A stretch of DNA of 60,858 bases, from the NCBI GenBank assembly GCA_001917585.1, contig MNEG01000043.1:1-60858 (forward strand), given 5' to 3'. Shown here piece after piece: positions 59,102-60,858 of the stretch. A program made the position numbers and the translations under genes. The notes below the pieces were generated by a model. The model was not told where the DNA came from. It ran no database searches and saw only the letters and a program-made list of their open reading frames with translations. Every line of letters starts with the position of its first letter. The stretch's first letter is position 1. The stretch comes from Candidatus Rokubacteria bacterium 13_1_40CM_68_15 (GTDB lineage Bacteria; Methylomirabilota; Methylomirabilia; Rokubacteriales; CSP1-6).

Positions 59102-60277
59102 ATGAGATCCGATCGGATGTCGAGGAGGGTGCAGGGGTTCACGGAGTCGGTGATCCGCGAGATGACCCGCGTGGTGGACCAGCTCGGCGGCGTGAATCTC
59201 GCTCAAGGCATGCCGAACTTTCCGCCGCCGCGCGAGCTCATCGACGCCGCCCACGAGGCGCTCGAGGGCGACTTCCACCAGTACTCGGTCACCTGGGGCG
59301 CGCCGCGGCTGCGGCGGGCCATCGCCGACAAGTACCGGAAATTCTACGGGCTCGACATCGATCCGGAGCGCCACCTGACGGTGTGTTGCGGCTCGACGGA
59401 GACGATGCTGTCCACGCTGCTGGCCGTGCTCAACCCCGGCGACGAAGTCATCATCTTCGAGCCCTTCTACGAGAACTACGGCCCGGGCTGCATCATCTCG
59501 GGCGCCGAGCCGGTATGGGTGCCGCTCGAGCCGCCCGAATTCGTGTTCGATCCCGACCGGCTGCGGAAGGCGGTGTCGCCGCGCACGAGGGCGATCGTCT
59601 TCAACAGCCCGAACAACCCGACCGGCAAGGTCTTCTCGCGCGGCGAGCTGGAGGTCATCGCCGAGCTCTGTCGCGAGCACGACCTGCTCGCCATCACCGA
59701 CGAGATTTACGAGCACATCGTCTACGACGGCCTCGGTCACACGCCGATCGCCACGCTGCCGGGCATGGCCGAGCGCACGATCACCATCTCCGGCATCTCG
59801 AAGTCCTATTCGGTGACCGGCTGGCGCATCGGGTACGCGGTCGCACCGGCCGACCTCAGCGTCGGCATTCGCCGCGCCCACGACTTCGTGACCGTGGGGG
59901 CACCGCATCCGCTGCAGGAGGCCGCCGTGGTCGCGCTGACGCTGCCCGACAGCTATTACGTCGGGCTCCGCGAAATGTATCAGGCCAAGCGCGACCTGCT
60001 CTTCGGGTGGCTCGAGAAGGCCGGGTTCGTGGCCTGGAAGCCGCACGGGGCCTACTACATCCTGACGGATGCCGCCCACTTCCTGAGGCGCTACGGCATC
60101 GAGGACGACACCGCGTTCGCCATGTTCCTCATCAAGCACGTCGGCGTGGCGACCGTGCCGGGGTCGTCTTTCTACGCCCACCCCGAGCTCGGACGCACGA
60201 AGATCCGGTTCTGCTTCCCGAAGACCGAAGAGGTCCTCCAGGAAGCGGGAGAACGGCTCCAGAAGCTCCGCTCTTGA
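59102..60277 (+). CDS. PLP-dependent class I/II aminotransferase (YbdL/kynurenine AT-like)
   Basis: NLAQGMP, FNSPNNPTGKVF, DEIYEH, SKSYSVTGWRIG, RFCFPK. Confidence 0.93.
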   Translation: MRSDRMSRRVQGFTESVIREMTRVVDQLGGVNLAQGMPNFPPPRELIDAAHEALEGDFHQYSVTWGAPRLRRAIADKYRKFYGLDIDPERHLTVCCGSTETMLSTLLAVLNPGDEVIIFEPFYENYGPGCIISGAEPVWVPLEPPEFVFDPDRLRKAVSPRTRAIVFNSPNNPTGKVFSRGELEVIAELCREHDLLAITDEIYEHIVYDGLGHTPIATLPGMAERTITISGISKSYSVTGWRIGYAVAPADLSVGIRRAHDFVTVGAPHPLQEAAVVALTLPDSYYVGLREMYQAKRDLLFGWLEKAGFVAWKPHGAYYILTDAAHFLRRYGIEDDTAFAMFLIKHVGVATVPGSSFYAHPELGRTKIRFCFPKTEEVLQEAGERLQKLRS

Positions 60278-60858
60278 CGCCGCGAGAGGCGGCGCGCGCC
60301 ATCTGGGACGCGGCGCTGGCCGCCGGCGACGTTCGCGTGCTCGTTGACCAGGCTCTCCAGCGCGAAGCCGGCCGCCTCGCCGGAGCCGAGCGGATCCTCG
60401 TCCTCGGTTGTGGCAAGGCGAGCGCCGCGATGGCGCGTGCCGCCGAAGAGGTCCTGGGCGATCGCGTCGTCGGTGGGTTCGTCGTCGTCAAGGACGGCTA
60501 CACGGCGCCGACACGGCGGGTGACGATCGCCGAGGCCGGTCATCCCGTTCCCGACGCTCGCGGGGAAGCCGCAGCCGACCGCCTGCTGGCGCTCGCCCGT
60601 GACGCCGGGCCCAACGATCAACTGCTCTTCCTGGTGTCCGGCGGTGGCTCGGCGCTGACCCCGGCGCCCACCCCGCCGGTCACGCTGGCGGAGAAGCAGG
60701 CGGTCACGCGACTGCTGCTCGCCTCCGGTGCCACCATCAACGAGGTCAACGCCGTTCGCAAGCACCTCTCGCGCTTCAAGGGAGGCCAGCTCGCCCGGGC
60801 CGCGGCTCCGGCCCCCATTCTCACGCTCGCGCTGTCCGACGTCATCGGCGATCCGCTC
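60274..60858 (+). CDS. Glycerate 2-kinase (MOFRL/DUF4147), 3' truncated by window edge
   Basis: TTG start; GCGKASAAMA, EAGHPVPD, LVSGGGSAL, GATINEVNAVRKHLSRFKGGQLA, LSDVIGD. Confidence 0.92.
   Translation, partial: MTPREAARAIWDAALAAGDVRVLVDQALQREAGRLAGAERILVLGCGKASAAMARAAEEVLGDRVVGGFVVVKDGYTAPTRRVTIAEAGHPVPDARGEAAADRLLALARDAGPNDQLLFLVSGGGSALTPAPTPPVTLAEKQAVTRLLLASGATINEVNAVRKHLSRFKGGQLARAAAPAPILTLALSDVIGDPL

Noticed and set aside
58668-59105. Short ORFs across the tandem elements
   Set aside because: No clear RBS or family similarity; conservation is better explained by base pairing.
2264-60765. Many long overlapping or antisense ORFs in the six-frame track (e.g. 2449-4302, 7452-9071, 35040-37211, 39298-41145, 48869-51025)
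   Set aside because: Arg/Pro/Gly-rich shadow frames of recognisable genes, as expected at high GC.

Overview
High-GC bacterial chromosomal segment, probably Candidatus Rokubacteria/Methylomirabilota (inferred from gene content and REP-like repeats, not verified). It carries about 65 mostly housekeeping genes: TAXI-TRAP transporter, type IV pilin, mutY/Nudix, queC, a TPP riboswitch with thiS-thiG-thiE-thiO, two TldD/PmbA pairs, hybrid kinases, uppP, glycosyltransferases, split transketolase, moeA, family-B DNA polymerase, tandem phoD, thrC-moaD-NIL, an aminotransferase and glycerate kinase. No rRNA, tRNA, CRISPR or intact transposase was seen. The ORF track misses four main signals. (1) Two genes have an in-frame UGA at a catalytic Cys position, each followed by a SECIS-like hairpin, so both are probable selenoproteins: an exported rhodanese (YUTCPH) between a divergent tldD and pmbA, and a DsbA/FrnE protein (UPWC). 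(2) polB appears to start at a CTG overlapping the stop of that DsbA gene. (3) A tandem pair of ~125-nt structured elements with compensatory stem changes lies between thrC-moaD-NIL and the aminotransferase. (4) A signal-peptide protein ending in RAPP (candidate arrest peptide) precedes a small lipoprotein.
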